Virus record (IMG/VR): IMGVR_UViG_3300014613_000009
Span: 1 to 45,310 of that record
DNA from: a virus
Taxonomy: Duplodnaviria; Caudoviricetes
DNA length: 45,310 nucleotides
Strand: one strand, 5' to 3'
The notes beneath the pieces were generated by a model that did no database searches, was not told the origin of the DNA, and saw only the letters and a program-made list of their open reading frames with translations. The position numbers and the translations under genes were made by a program. The stretch's first letter is position 1; the number at the start of each line of letters is the position of its first letter. This document shows positions 1-7,730 of the stretch, piece by piece.

Positions 1-123
1 AACAAATTATAATAAGATTATTAAAAAGATTGAAGCAATAGAAGCAGAACTGAACGGATACCAAAGCATATTCAGGTGGCAAAGCGAGGTCTAATGGCAA
101 AAAGTAAATATGAAATTTGGCGA
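1..123. repeat. Terminal direct repeat (circular assembly overlap), copy 1
   Basis: 1-123 is identical to 45188-45310, and ORFs read through the junction. Confidence 0.97.
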
Positions 124-294
124 GAAAAGGTAAAAACAGGTTTGCATTTTTCTGTGATTGATTATCAGAAAGCCCTGCGAATGCTCGATATGGCAATGGA
201 CTTCATAGAGTGTATTCATTTAGATAAAATTGATGAACACGAAAGAAAAGAAACCCTCAACCAAATCAATGAGATAATCGATGGCAAAAAGTAA
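94..294 (+). CDS. Hypothetical protein, tandem paralogue 1
   Basis: ATG at 94 (=45281) overlaps the stop of the previous gene; shares MAKSKYE, MLDMA and TLNQINEIIDGKK with the next ORF. Confidence 0.75.
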   Translation: MAKSKYEIWREKVKTGLHFSVIDYQKALRMLDMAMDFIECIHLDKIDEHERKETLNQINEIIDGKK

Positions 295-508
295 ATACGA
301 AAAATGGAAGGTTAGAGTCTTAATGGAATATCGCAACGAAGGATTGTCGCAGGCAATAGATATGCTCGATATGGCAATAAAACGAATAATAGTAGATGGA
401 AATAGATTTATAAATGCCAAATTTGGTTGTAATTGGAAAGATGCTTCAGATGATTGCAATAGAACTCTTAACCAAATCAATGAGATAATCGATGGCAAAA
501 AAGACTGA
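281..508 (+). CDS. Hypothetical protein, tandem paralogue 2
   Basis: Paralogue of 94-294; a 32-nt block is identical at 259-290 and 470-501. Confidence 0.75.
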   Translation: MAKSKYEKWKVRVLMEYRNEGLSQAIDMLDMAIKRIIVDGNRFINAKFGCNWKDASDDCNRTLNQINEIIDGKKD

Positions 509-537
509 AAAACCAGTTTGTTGGCAGTTAAAGAAAA

Positions 538-864
538 ATGATAAATCCGCAGAAAAAAGGCAAAGCATACGAAAGGCAGATAGCGAAACTTCTGTCGAAG
601 GCGTTTGATTGTGACGTCAGGCGCACTCCCTGCTCCGGCGGGCTGGACATTAAAGGCGACCTGCGTAATCTGTATGGTGTCCTTGATAGATTTGTTATCG
701 AATGCAAAAAACAGGAGCATATAAATATCTGGAAAGCCCTCGACCAAACCACAAGACAAGGCGGCAGCAAAATAGGTCTATTGATATTCTCCCGCAATAA
801 CGAAAAAGATTACGTTTGTCTTGAATTAAATGATTTTATTGGATTATTACAAAAGGAGAAATAA
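538..864 (+). CDS. Holliday junction resolvase, archaeal Hjc-like PD-(D/E)XK family
   Basis: Motifs KGKAYERQIAKLL, GDL and IECKK. Confidence 0.85.
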   Translation: MINPQKKGKAYERQIAKLLSKAFDCDVRRTPCSGGLDIKGDLRNLYGVLDRFVIECKKQEHINIWKALDQTTRQGGSKIGLLIFSRNNEKDYVCLELNDFIGLLQKEK

Positions 865-1034
865 TGACTGAATATAAAATAAGAATTACGGTAGAATTGC
901 CTGATGATATACCAAGAGACAAAATTATCGAATGGGCAAACTATGTAACAGGTTATAGACCGTTTTTGCCTGATGATAATCCCTTAATGGGCACAGACCT
1001 TGAAGCGATAAGTTGTTCATTGGAGACATATTGA
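864..1034 (+). CDS. Hypothetical protein (56 aa, below ORF-track cutoff)
   Basis: AAGGAG RBS, TAATG coupling, translated by hand (MTEYKIRITVELPDD...). Confidence 0.65.
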   Translation: MTEYKIRITVELPDDIPRDKIIEWANYVTGYRPFLPDDNPLMGTDLEAISCSLETY

Positions 1035-1035
1035 A

Positions 1036-1194
1036 ATGATTGATTGCCCAAAATGTAAGAAGATAAGAGAGTTCATAAAAAACTTAACCGCCGGACAAGT
1101 TGCGTTTTATGACCTGACGGGATGCAAGTCGCCAAAAAGCGCTGACCTTATAGCCAAAAAAATTCTTCAAATTCTCAATGAGAAGGAGAAATAA
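1036..1194 (+). CDS. Hypothetical protein (52 aa, CPKC motif)
   Basis: GGAG RBS; fills the gap and is coupled to the next gene. Confidence 0.6.
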   Translation: MIDCPKCKKIREFIKNLTAGQVAFYDLTGCKSPKSADLIAKKILQILNEKEK

Positions 1195-1505
1195 TGACAC
1201 TGCCGGAAAATAAAATGCCAGAAGCAATAAATAATACGCCAGCAAATGAGTTGCGAATATCAGTAGAGTTACATTGGGAATTAGCGAAAAAAATAGCCAA
1301 ATTACTTGATGACCAGCAAGCCCTGATTCAGAAATTGGTGGAAGCATTAGAAAATAATCGCTCACGACTTGCTTGCAACAATGCAGGACTATTATCTATG
1401 AAAGAACAAGATATAGATGTTAGTGTTGATAGTGCTATTACAGCAAATAACGAAGCAATAGAAGAAGCAAATGCTGCCCTCGAAGCGGCGAAGGAGAAAA
1501 TATGA
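1194..1505 (+). CDS. Hypothetical coiled-coil protein
   Basis: AAGGAG RBS; helical composition. Confidence 0.7.
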   Translation: MTLPENKMPEAINNTPANELRISVELHWELAKKIAKLLDDQQALIQKLVEALENNRSRLACNNAGLLSMKEQDIDVSVDSAITANNEAIEEANAALEAAKEKI

Positions 1506-1678
1506 GCAGACAAAATGAACTAAAAATCGCCAAAGCAAAACTGGAAAAAGTAAGAGAATATGCCAATGATTTAATAATAAATCATCCCACAAGAGCCAGC
1601 ATTCTTGCAAAGCAAGGCGAAAATCTCCTTGCCATTCTTGGCGTTGGTAAGCCAATAACAAGAAATCCTAAAATATAA
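1502..1678 (+). CDS. Hypothetical protein (58 aa)
   Basis: AAGGAG RBS, ATGA overlap, translated by hand (MSRQNELKIAKAKLEK...). Confidence 0.6.
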   Translation: MSRQNELKIAKAKLEKVREYANDLIINHPTRASILAKQGENLLAILGVGKPITRNPKI

Positions 1679-1691
1679 GAAGGAGAAATAA

Positions 1692-2204
1692 ATGAGCAGA
1701 CCAAAGAATCCCCCTAAGGAAGTTTGTATGGTATTATCCCCCAAGACTGGAACGTGGGTTGGTTGCGATGTAAAACCTGCTTTATCGCTCGAATCTTTTG
1801 GCTTAAAGATTGTCTATTACGATTTGCGGCCAGAAACAGGCCAAAAACCCCGAAATCGGCGTCCAAAGCGGGAAAAAGGCAAAAAAGAGCCGAGAACAGA
1901 GGCCACAGTAAGCCCGCAGAGCGAAAAACCCCCTGCCACGACGACACAGCCAGAACGAGATAATGCACCACAAGCAACGCCAGACGCCTTAAACGCTATG
2001 CCACAGCGTAAAGGACGAAAACCAGAAGCCAAGCCAATCAGACAATGGCGATGTGATGATTGTGAATTGAAATTTAACATTGAACCCGTAGATGATAAAT
2101 GCCCGAAATGTGGCGGCGCTAATCTTTCCAGTCGCATAAAGCCACAACATAAGCCAGTTAAATTAAAAATCAAAAAAGTTAAAAAAGGCAAACCAAAGGA
2201 GTAA
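1692..2204 (+). CDS. Basic protein with C-terminal zinc ribbon
   Basis: CDDC...CPKCGG; strong RBS. Confidence 0.7.
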   Translation: MSRPKNPPKEVCMVLSPKTGTWVGCDVKPALSLESFGLKIVYYDLRPETGQKPRNRRPKREKGKKEPRTEATVSPQSEKPPATTTQPERDNAPQATPDALNAMPQRKGRKPEAKPIRQWRCDDCELKFNIEPVDDKCPKCGGANLSSRIKPQHKPVKLKIKKVKKGKPKE

Positions 2205-2206
2205 TT

Positions 2207-2446
2207 ATGAGAAAAAAAACATTAACAAGTCGGGAAAAACGGGCAAAAGAGCAGACAAAAGAATATGTTAAACTTTCAAAGGCGATAGGTTTTGAAAAAG
2301 CTGTCAAGAAATTCGGCCTTAATAAAACCATTTGGGCGATGAATCGCTTTGTCCACAGTCAGCAAGAAATTAAAAATCTCCGAAAACGAGCCGAAGAATT
2401 AAACAAAGATTTAGCTCAAATAGAAAAAAAGTTGGGAAAAAAATAA
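2207..2446 (+). CDS. Hypothetical basic protein
   Basis: AAGGAG RBS; operon position. Confidence 0.7.
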   Translation: MRKKTLTSREKRAKEQTKEYVKLSKAIGFEKAVKKFGLNKTIWAMNRFVHSQQEIKNLRKRAEELNKDLAQIEKKLGKK

Positions 2447-2474
2447 GACACTTTCTCTCCTCCTTAAAGAGATA

Positions 2475-2517
2475 TGTGGCGGGCAGACTGAACACTGCTC
2501 GCCACAGGAATTATAAA
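2475..2517 (+). promoter_or_regulatory. Intergenic stem-loop followed by GGAATTATAAA motif
   Basis: TGTGGCGGGCAG/CTGCTCGCCACA 12-bp stem; the motif recurs at 3405, 4631, 4862 and 4938. Confidence 0.6.
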
Positions 2518-2533
2518 ATAATTAGGAGCAAAA

Positions 2534-2719
2534 ATGAGCAGAAAAATTGATATGGCCTTGGTCATCATTCTTGGGACTCTTTTGATTTGTGCCTGTATCT
2601 ATATATCTTATCAACAGGGAATTATCAGCACACTGCGAATAAATCTGAAACAATCTGATTTTTCTTTCTGGCAGTTGGCCGAAAGGAAAGAGTCGAATGA
2701 GGTGCAAAATGAAAACTAA
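2534..2719 (+). CDS. Small membrane protein
   Basis: N-terminal hydrophobic helix; AGGAG RBS. Confidence 0.65.
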   Translation: MSRKIDMALVIILGTLLICACIYISYQQGIISTLRINLKQSDFSFWQLAERKESNEVQNEN

Positions 2720-3380
2720 AATCAAATTTATTTTGTTAATGCTTTTGTTTTTGAGCTCGTCTGCAGAGGCAAAAGCTCTTATGAGTTTAACAACATTGAA
2801 TCTGATTGACCTTGAAAACTTCGTGAGAATCGACCCAAACGCGCCGGCCAAAGAGCAAAAAGAAATGCAGATGAATGGACTGGACTTTTTTGCCCGAAAC
2901 TATTTGTCGCCTTTTTTCTACGTTCCTACGGGAAAACTCAATCCCTGTTTCGGTTACAGATTGCCAAAAAGAGTAATGGTAAAGGTAGGAGGAGTAAAAC
3001 CTTGTTTTGATTGGATGGACGGTTTATCACCGGATGGCACGTATATATTAGTAACGGATAATACGGCCGGTCATTGGACAAACCTCTATTATAACGAGGA
3101 AACGGAACAGTATGAGATTTTGGGTTTTTCAGGAGAGGGATGGGCGTGGGTTGTAGATTACTTTGCCGATGATTATGGCAGCGGGCTTACTATTAAATGC
3201 TATTATTTCCCGCCCGGCGAGGACTATTATTCTTTCATAGGTTATGCCTTTAATGTCCAGATAACGGGGCATTGCGTATATGATTTTCTTGAAAAAGACG
3301 TTAATGGCAGCATATACACGGGCTGGAAATATGGCTGGGCAATGGTAACTCCTGCTCCTGACAGGAGACGGTGGCGGTAA
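2697..3380 (+). CDS. Exported protein of unknown function (start probably 2709)
   Basis: Signal peptide MKTKIKFILLMLLFLSSSAEA; aromatic, beta-rich mature part. Confidence 0.75.
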   Translation: MRCKMKTKIKFILLMLLFLSSSAEAKALMSLTTLNLIDLENFVRIDPNAPAKEQKEMQMNGLDFFARNYLSPFFYVPTGKLNPCFGYRLPKRVMVKVGGVKPCFDWMDGLSPDGTYILVTDNTAGHWTNLYYNEETEQYEILGFSGEGWAWVVDYFADDYGSGLTIKCYYFPPGEDYYSFIGYAFNVQITGHCVYDFLEKDVNGSIYTGWKYGWAMVTPAPDRRRWR

Positions 3381-3436
3381 TTTGAAAACTTAATAAACTG
3401 CTTTGGAATTATAAACTTTATTTGAAAGGATAACTT

Positions 3437-4501
3437 ATGAAAAAACTATTAACAATTTGTTTGGTCCTGCTTGTTGCAGGAATGGTAAGGGCTGATTATC
3501 TGATTGACCCTTTTGTGATTTGTGAGAGGGCTGGAGTTCAGGTATGGCCTGATATCTATGGAGATTATGTGGTCTATTATGATGACCAGGGTGATGCCAA
3601 CACAAACATCTATGGCTTTAAGATTTCAACCGGGGAAGAGTTTTTAATTTGTGATGCTAATGACAGGCAATTTTGTCCGGTTATCGGTGGTGATATAGTA
3701 GTATGGTGTGATTATAGGAATTATTATACTACTGGTGCAGACATATATGGCTATAACTTATTGACTCAGGAAGAATTTATTGTCTGCAATGAGATAGGTG
3801 ACCAAGTATTTCCTGCTATAAGTGAAGATGGTCGGACTGTTGTGTGGTCGGATAGCAGGAATGATAGTTTCGATATTTATGGCAGATATTTATACGAACC
3901 AAATTCATTTATGATATGTAACGCAGTAAGAACGCAATATATGCCTGCTATAGATAATGGATTTGTAGTTTGGTATGACCTCCGATTTAATAATTGGGAT
4001 ATTTATGGGGTTGACCTTATGTCAGGTCAGGTTGTTAATATAAGCCACGCTGGAGGGCAGATGTATCCTGATATAAGTAATAACTGGATTGTTTATATGG
4101 ATGACCCAACAGGACAGTTTTTAGATACCAATATCTATAGATATAACATAGGCACAGGAGCGAGAACATTGATAACCAATGCGTTTGCTTATCAGACCGG
4201 AGTAGTTATAGACCGAAATATCATTGTTTGGGCTGATTGTCGAAATGACTTTGGTAATATATATGGTTATGATTTAGACACCAATCAAGAGTTTCCAATT
4301 TGTATGGCATCAGGTGAGCAGCTCTTACCTGCCGTAAGTGGTGATGTAGTAGTTTGGACGGATAAGAGAAATGGTAATGAAGATATAATGGGAGCGCGTC
4401 TTGTTAGGAAAGCAGACGTTGATGGTGATTTGGATTATGATAGTGATGTTGACTTCGATGACTTTGCAATAATGGCACAAAACTGGTTGAAAACTTATTA
4501 A
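3437..4501 (+). CDS. Exported beta-propeller repeat protein (Methanosarcina surface-protein-type repeats) with C-terminal dockerin/EF-hand-like tail
   Basis: Signal peptide; about 7 repeats of Q..PAI.G..VVW.D.RN...DIYGYDL; tail DGDLDYDSDVDFDDFAIMAQNWL. Confidence 0.85.
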   Translation: MKKLLTICLVLLVAGMVRADYLIDPFVICERAGVQVWPDIYGDYVVYYDDQGDANTNIYGFKISTGEEFLICDANDRQFCPVIGGDIVVWCDYRNYYTTGADIYGYNLLTQEEFIVCNEIGDQVFPAISEDGRTVVWSDSRNDSFDIYGRYLYEPNSFMICNAVRTQYMPAIDNGFVVWYDLRFNNWDIYGVDLMSGQVVNISHAGGQMYPDISNNWIVYMDDPTGQFLDTNIYRYNIGTGARTLITNAFAYQTGVVIDRNIIVWADCRNDFGNIYGYDLDTNQEFPICMASGEQLLPAVSGDVVVWTDKRNGNEDIMGARLVRKADVDGDLDYDSDVDFDDFAIMAQNWLKTY

Positions 4502-4548
4502 AAGGAGTGCCTATGGTCTAAAAAGTCAGTAATAACTCCAAATAGGTG

Positions 4549-4641
4549 GTGTGGCGGCTGACGAAACATTTTTATTCAGATTGACCTTAAAAAATAGGGC
4601 TTGTTAAAAATACACCAGCAGTCGCCACACGGAATCATAAA
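4549..4641 (+). other. Long stem-closed RNA element followed by GGAATCATAAA
   Basis: GTGTGGCGGCTG (4549-4560) pairs with CAGTCGCCACAC (4619-4630). Confidence 0.55.
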
Positions 4642-4657
4642 TCATTGAAAATTAAAT

Positions 4658-4860
4658 AAGCTGGCGGCGGCGTGGTGCGAACACGCTAAAACTTGGTTTT
4701 TACAGGCAAATGGTTTCCCGTAAACCGGTTACGAATTAAAAAAGTCAGGGCAACTCTTCGGAGCAATCCCGTGCCAAGTAGGAAACCAAGCAGGTAGCGG
4801 ATAGAGGGCCGAGAAATCGCCCCTTAACAAATAGCTATGCCAATCCTGCCCGCCCAGCTT
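4658..4860 (+). ncRNA. Candidate tRNA-shaped structured ncRNA, about 200 nt
   Basis: Closing stem AAGCTGGCGG/CCGCCCAGCTT; D-like arm GCGTG/CACGC; long arm CTTGGTTTT/GAAACCAAG with a UUCG hairpin; T-like arm GCAGG/CCTGC with an insert. Confidence 0.65.
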
Positions 4861-4866
4861 TGGAAT

Positions 4867-4946
4867 AAAGCCGACAGAGCGAGGTAAAAGAGTTGATTGG
4901 AATCGTATGTTCAATTAACATCCCTGATGTCGGCTTTGGAATCATA
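4867..4946 (+). other. Stem-closed RNA element followed by GGAATCATA
   Basis: AAAGCCGACA (4867-4876) pairs perfectly with TGTCGGCTTT (4928-4937). Confidence 0.55.
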
Positions 4947-4956
4947 GGATAAAATT

Positions 4957-5163
4957 ATGACAAAAACTAAAATAATACCTAAAAATAAATGCAATAAAAC
5001 AATATCATTCGGTGATGATTACGGAGATAATGAGACCACGTTTCATTGCCAGCTTGAAAAGAATCATAAGAGCAACCATCAAGAATGTGGGACATTATAT
5101 GGGTCAAAGTATAAAGTAGAATGGTGCGCCGAAGAAGATGTTAAAGAAAACACGATAGGATAA
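4957..5163 (+). CDS. Small Cys/His-containing hypothetical protein
   Basis: ORF flanked by the 16-nt direct repeat ATAGGATAAAATTATG. Confidence 0.65.
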   Translation: MTKTKIIPKNKCNKTISFGDDYGDNETTFHCQLEKNHKSNHQECGTLYGSKYKVEWCAEEDVKENTIG

Positions 5164-5167
5164 AATT

Positions 5168-5279
5168 ATGGATAGACAGATAAAATTTCGTGGATTAACG
5201 CTTGATAGAAAGCAATTGTATAGTTATCGGTAATGTCCAACAGAATCCAGAATTATTGAAGACAAAAAATGAAACATAA
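5168..5279 (+). pseudogene. YopX-family remnant with internal deletion
   Basis: N-terminal MDRQIKFRG joined out of frame to C-terminal VIGNVQQNPELL. Confidence 0.7.
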
Positions 5280-5377
5280 ACCGGACATATTAACAATCAT
5301 CATAGTCTCTATCGCTATTGTGGCGGCGGCTATTGCTATGATTCATCTGAAAAAATGCTGGGGAGCTTGGTAAGAAT

Positions 5378-5896
5378 ATGAGCATAGAAAAAACCAAAGA
5401 AAAACTGAAAGAAGCAGAAAAAATACTTGGAGAAGGCATTGAATTATTTGGAGCTATTCCTGATACTTGTCAAACAAGTATCAGGCACGACTGCTACCAT
5501 AAAATCAGTTGTGCCCACTCTCACGTAAAAGAAATTCTTGCGCTTCTCAAAGAGGTCAAGCAGAAGCCAGCTGAGCCGGAACCGACAGAGTTTACAAAAT
5601 TAGCAAGAAGTTGTATTCCACCAAGAGAATGTTTTGATAACATTCCAATTACAGATTTAAGTGAGCGTCCAACAACTTTAGAAAGCGTAGTTCATACTGC
5701 CTGCGATATTATCGACCGCCTCTCCGCCGAACTGGAACAGTTAAAAGCTCTGCTCATCAAACATAGAATATGCTCCACTTGCGGCAAACAGTTGAGCAAA
5801 GCCGAAGCCGAAAGCGTGCATACCTGCGAGGCCGACTCGGAAGCGAAAAGAATCGCCGGGGAAAATAAGACTGTTTTTAAGGAGATTGATAAATGA
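5378..5896 (+). CDS. Hypothetical protein with CxxC motif
   Basis: 172-aa ORF with GGAG RBS. Confidence 0.7.
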   Translation: MSIEKTKEKLKEAEKILGEGIELFGAIPDTCQTSIRHDCYHKISCAHSHVKEILALLKEVKQKPAEPEPTEFTKLARSCIPPRECFDNIPITDLSERPTTLESVVHTACDIIDRLSAELEQLKALLIKHRICSTCGKQLSKAEAESVHTCEADSEAKRIAGENKTVFKEIDK

Positions 5897-6465
5897 ACGA
5901 AGATACTTACAGATATGTTAAATTTGTATGTTTTGTTTTATTGCTTTTTATCACAGTATGGGCGATAAATATCTGGAAAAATAAATCTTCTCTACAAATC
6001 GGCAGTGTTAGTGGAATGACTTTAGAAAATGGAAATTATAGTTTTACAGTCAAGGCCACAAACGACCCAAATACCTTAAATGAAATCAACGGAATTGCTG
6101 ATGAAATGACCGAAAAAAATCTTATTGAACCGGACAAATATTGTTCCGTGTGCGGTAAATGCCTGACATATCACGGGCCAGATAACAAAATAATAACAAT
6201 TAACGGATGTTTTATAAGTTTTCAATATGACTCAAATAATTTGCGTTTTCACGAATTTTTCAAACAGGCATTTAGTCCTTATGAGCCAGATAAAGAATAC
6301 AATATATGTTTCGGTTGTTTCTTGAAAGCGATGGGCGTGCCAGAACCAAATGAATCAAAACCCAATATTCTAAAATCCGACAGAGGAATCCTAAAGGAAT
6401 GGGATATAAATGACGCTAATTTATGGAATGAAGATAGTCATAATTTTATTTATATGAAAAAATGA
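5893..6465 (+). CDS. Membrane-anchored protein with two CxxC motifs and D/E-x-N motifs
   Basis: N-terminal TM helix; CSVC...CFGC; NDPN, EPN, DAN. Confidence 0.75.
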   Translation: MNEDTYRYVKFVCFVLLLFITVWAINIWKNKSSLQIGSVSGMTLENGNYSFTVKATNDPNTLNEINGIADEMTEKNLIEPDKYCSVCGKCLTYHGPDNKIITINGCFISFQYDSNNLRFHEFFKQAFSPYEPDKEYNICFGCFLKAMGVPEPNESKPNILKSDRGILKEWDINDANLWNEDSHNFIYMKK

Positions 6466-6466
6466 A

Positions 6467-6538
6467 CAAAATAAAATACCGCCGACAGTCCTGCTCTTTA
6501 ATTCGTTTGAGTTTGCGGTCTTCGGCGGTATTATTTTG
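6467..6538. terminator. Probable bidirectional terminator where the early and late operons converge
   Basis: CAAAATAAAATACCGCCGA / TCGGCGGTATTATTTTG inverted repeat between convergent genes. Confidence 0.65.
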
Positions 6539-6698
6539 TAATTTCGTCAATTTCCTCAATCAATTTCGTCAGAAACTTCGCGTTTTGGCCGCAGCGATAC
6601 TTTCGGACGATTATCGAGGTGCGGCCATCAGACGCATCCTGAAATTCATCCCTGATTTTCGTCAGGATTTTCCGTATCTTTTTAAGAAGTTTTCTCAT
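6531..6698 (-). CDS. Small amphipathic protein (55 aa, not in ORF track)
   Basis: MRKLLKKIRKILTKIRDEF..., directly after the lipoprotein stop. Confidence 0.55.
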   Translation of the reverse strand: MRKLLKKIRKILTKIRDEFQDASDGRTSIIVRKYRCGQNAKFLTKLIEEIDEITK

Positions 6699-6700
6699 TA

Positions 6701-7015
6701 TCAGTGCGTCGTAGTCGCAGTTGCAGGTTGTATATAGGGCAGAATTGCCTTAAATAACTCAACCATACTTGCGATTGCATCAGCCGTCACCTGGCTGGTT
6801 TGCGTGTTGACCGCACCCGCTTTTATTGTGGTTTTGCCCGCAGGGTCAAGGGACGCCGCCAAATCACTGCCGGTAAGGTCTTGTCCCGCAATGTCCACTT
6901 TTACTTTGTAGGTTATTTTCGTGCCGTCCGGCAGGATTTTTGTAGTGGTCATCGTCGAGGTGGCACAGCCGGCAACAAACAAACATATCAACAATAATGT
7001 AATCAATCGTTTCAT
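6701..7015 (-). CDS. Lipoprotein, possible spanin-like lysis accessory
   Basis: Lipobox FVAG-C after a hydrophobic leader. Confidence 0.7.
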   Translation of the reverse strand: MKRLITLLLICLFVAGCATSTMTTTKILPDGTKITYKVKVDIAGQDLTGSDLAASLDPAGKTTIKAGAVNTQTSQVTADAIASMVELFKAILPYIQPATATTTH

Positions 7016-7224
7016 TTCAAATTACCTCTTAAAATATCGTCTTTCGTTTTTCTGTTTAACGCAACATATTTACTGATAAATTTAATAATTGGCAATAAAA
7101 AATTGTCATCGGATAACGTCGGGGTCAGTTTAACTATGACGCTCGCTATCGCCACGACATAGGCGATAATGGCCGATATTTCTTCGGCATATTGCTTTAA
7201 TTCAAGTAATGTTTTAATGCTCAT
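7012..7224 (-). CDS. Holin-like membrane protein
   Basis: TM helix followed by KLTPTxxDD and an amphipathic basic tail; end of late operon. Confidence 0.55.
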   Translation of the reverse strand: MSIKTLLELKQYAEEISAIIAYVVAIASVIVKLTPTLSDDNFLLPIIKFISKYVALNRKTKDDILRGNLK

Positions 7225-7236
7225 TTTATTCCCTTT

Positions 7237-7392
7237 CTAATAACCATCGAGCTTGTCGTCTATTTGTTCATATGTTTTATCGAGTTTCTTGCGCAAAGTA
7301 TATGCTCTTTTTTCTATTTCCGCAATATCGCCCAAAAGTTTCAATACCTCACGGACGGCATCCTGCAACTGTAGTTTTTCTTCTTCGGTCAT
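7237..7392 (-). CDS. Small coiled-coil protein (51 aa, not in ORF track)
   Basis: MTEEEKLQLQDAVREVLKLL...; GAGG RBS; ATGA overlap. Confidence 0.6.
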   Translation of the reverse strand: MTEEEKLQLQDAVREVLKLLGDIAEIEKRAYTLRKKLDKTYEQIDDKLDGY

Positions 7393-7724
7393 TTTTTAAC
7401 CTCTTCAAGAATTTTCTGTTGAATGGCCATCATATCATCCATTCTTTTGTTTGCGACTTTCTGCTCAATTTTAATGTCCGAAGTGTCCTGTTTGACGTAA
7501 TCAATGTCCTTTTGAATGCCTATAATGGCTTTTTCATTGATTTCGGCCTTCGTAGCGGCAGAATCCGCTTTTGTGCTATTGTTGTCAACCCTGGCGTAAA
7601 GTATTCCGATAGTAACCAAAATCGTTCCTATGGTGGTAATTATTCTCCAGTTCCTATTGAACCAATTTAGTCCGTTTTCATCTTTTCGCATTTTCATCGT
7701 CCTATAATAATTATACCATATCAA
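7389..7724 (-). CDS. Single-TM coiled-coil protein, holin-like or lysis-associated
   Basis: TM segment IITTIGTILVTIGILY followed by heptads. Confidence 0.6.
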   Translation of the reverse strand: MIWYNYYRTMKMRKDENGLNWFNRNWRIITTIGTILVTIGILYARVDNNSTKADSAATKAEINEKAIIGIQKDIDYVKQDTSDIKIEQKVANKRMDDMMAIQQKILEEVKK

Positions 7725-7730
7725 AAAATT

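Noticed and set aside
4549-4630. Hammerhead ribozyme (CTGACGA at 4558-4564 inside a closed stem)
   Set aside because: The required GAAA after stem II and a stem III/NUH site are not present.
4658-4860. Canonical tRNA or tmRNA gene
   Set aside because: No 7-nt anticodon loop, no intact TTCRA T-loop, no CCA and no tmRNA-type ends; kept only as a tRNA-shaped ncRNA candidate.
6462-6737. 91-aa plus-strand ORF
   Set aside because: It runs through the convergent terminator and is antisense to a more protein-like 55-aa ORF (6531-6698) and the lipoprotein.
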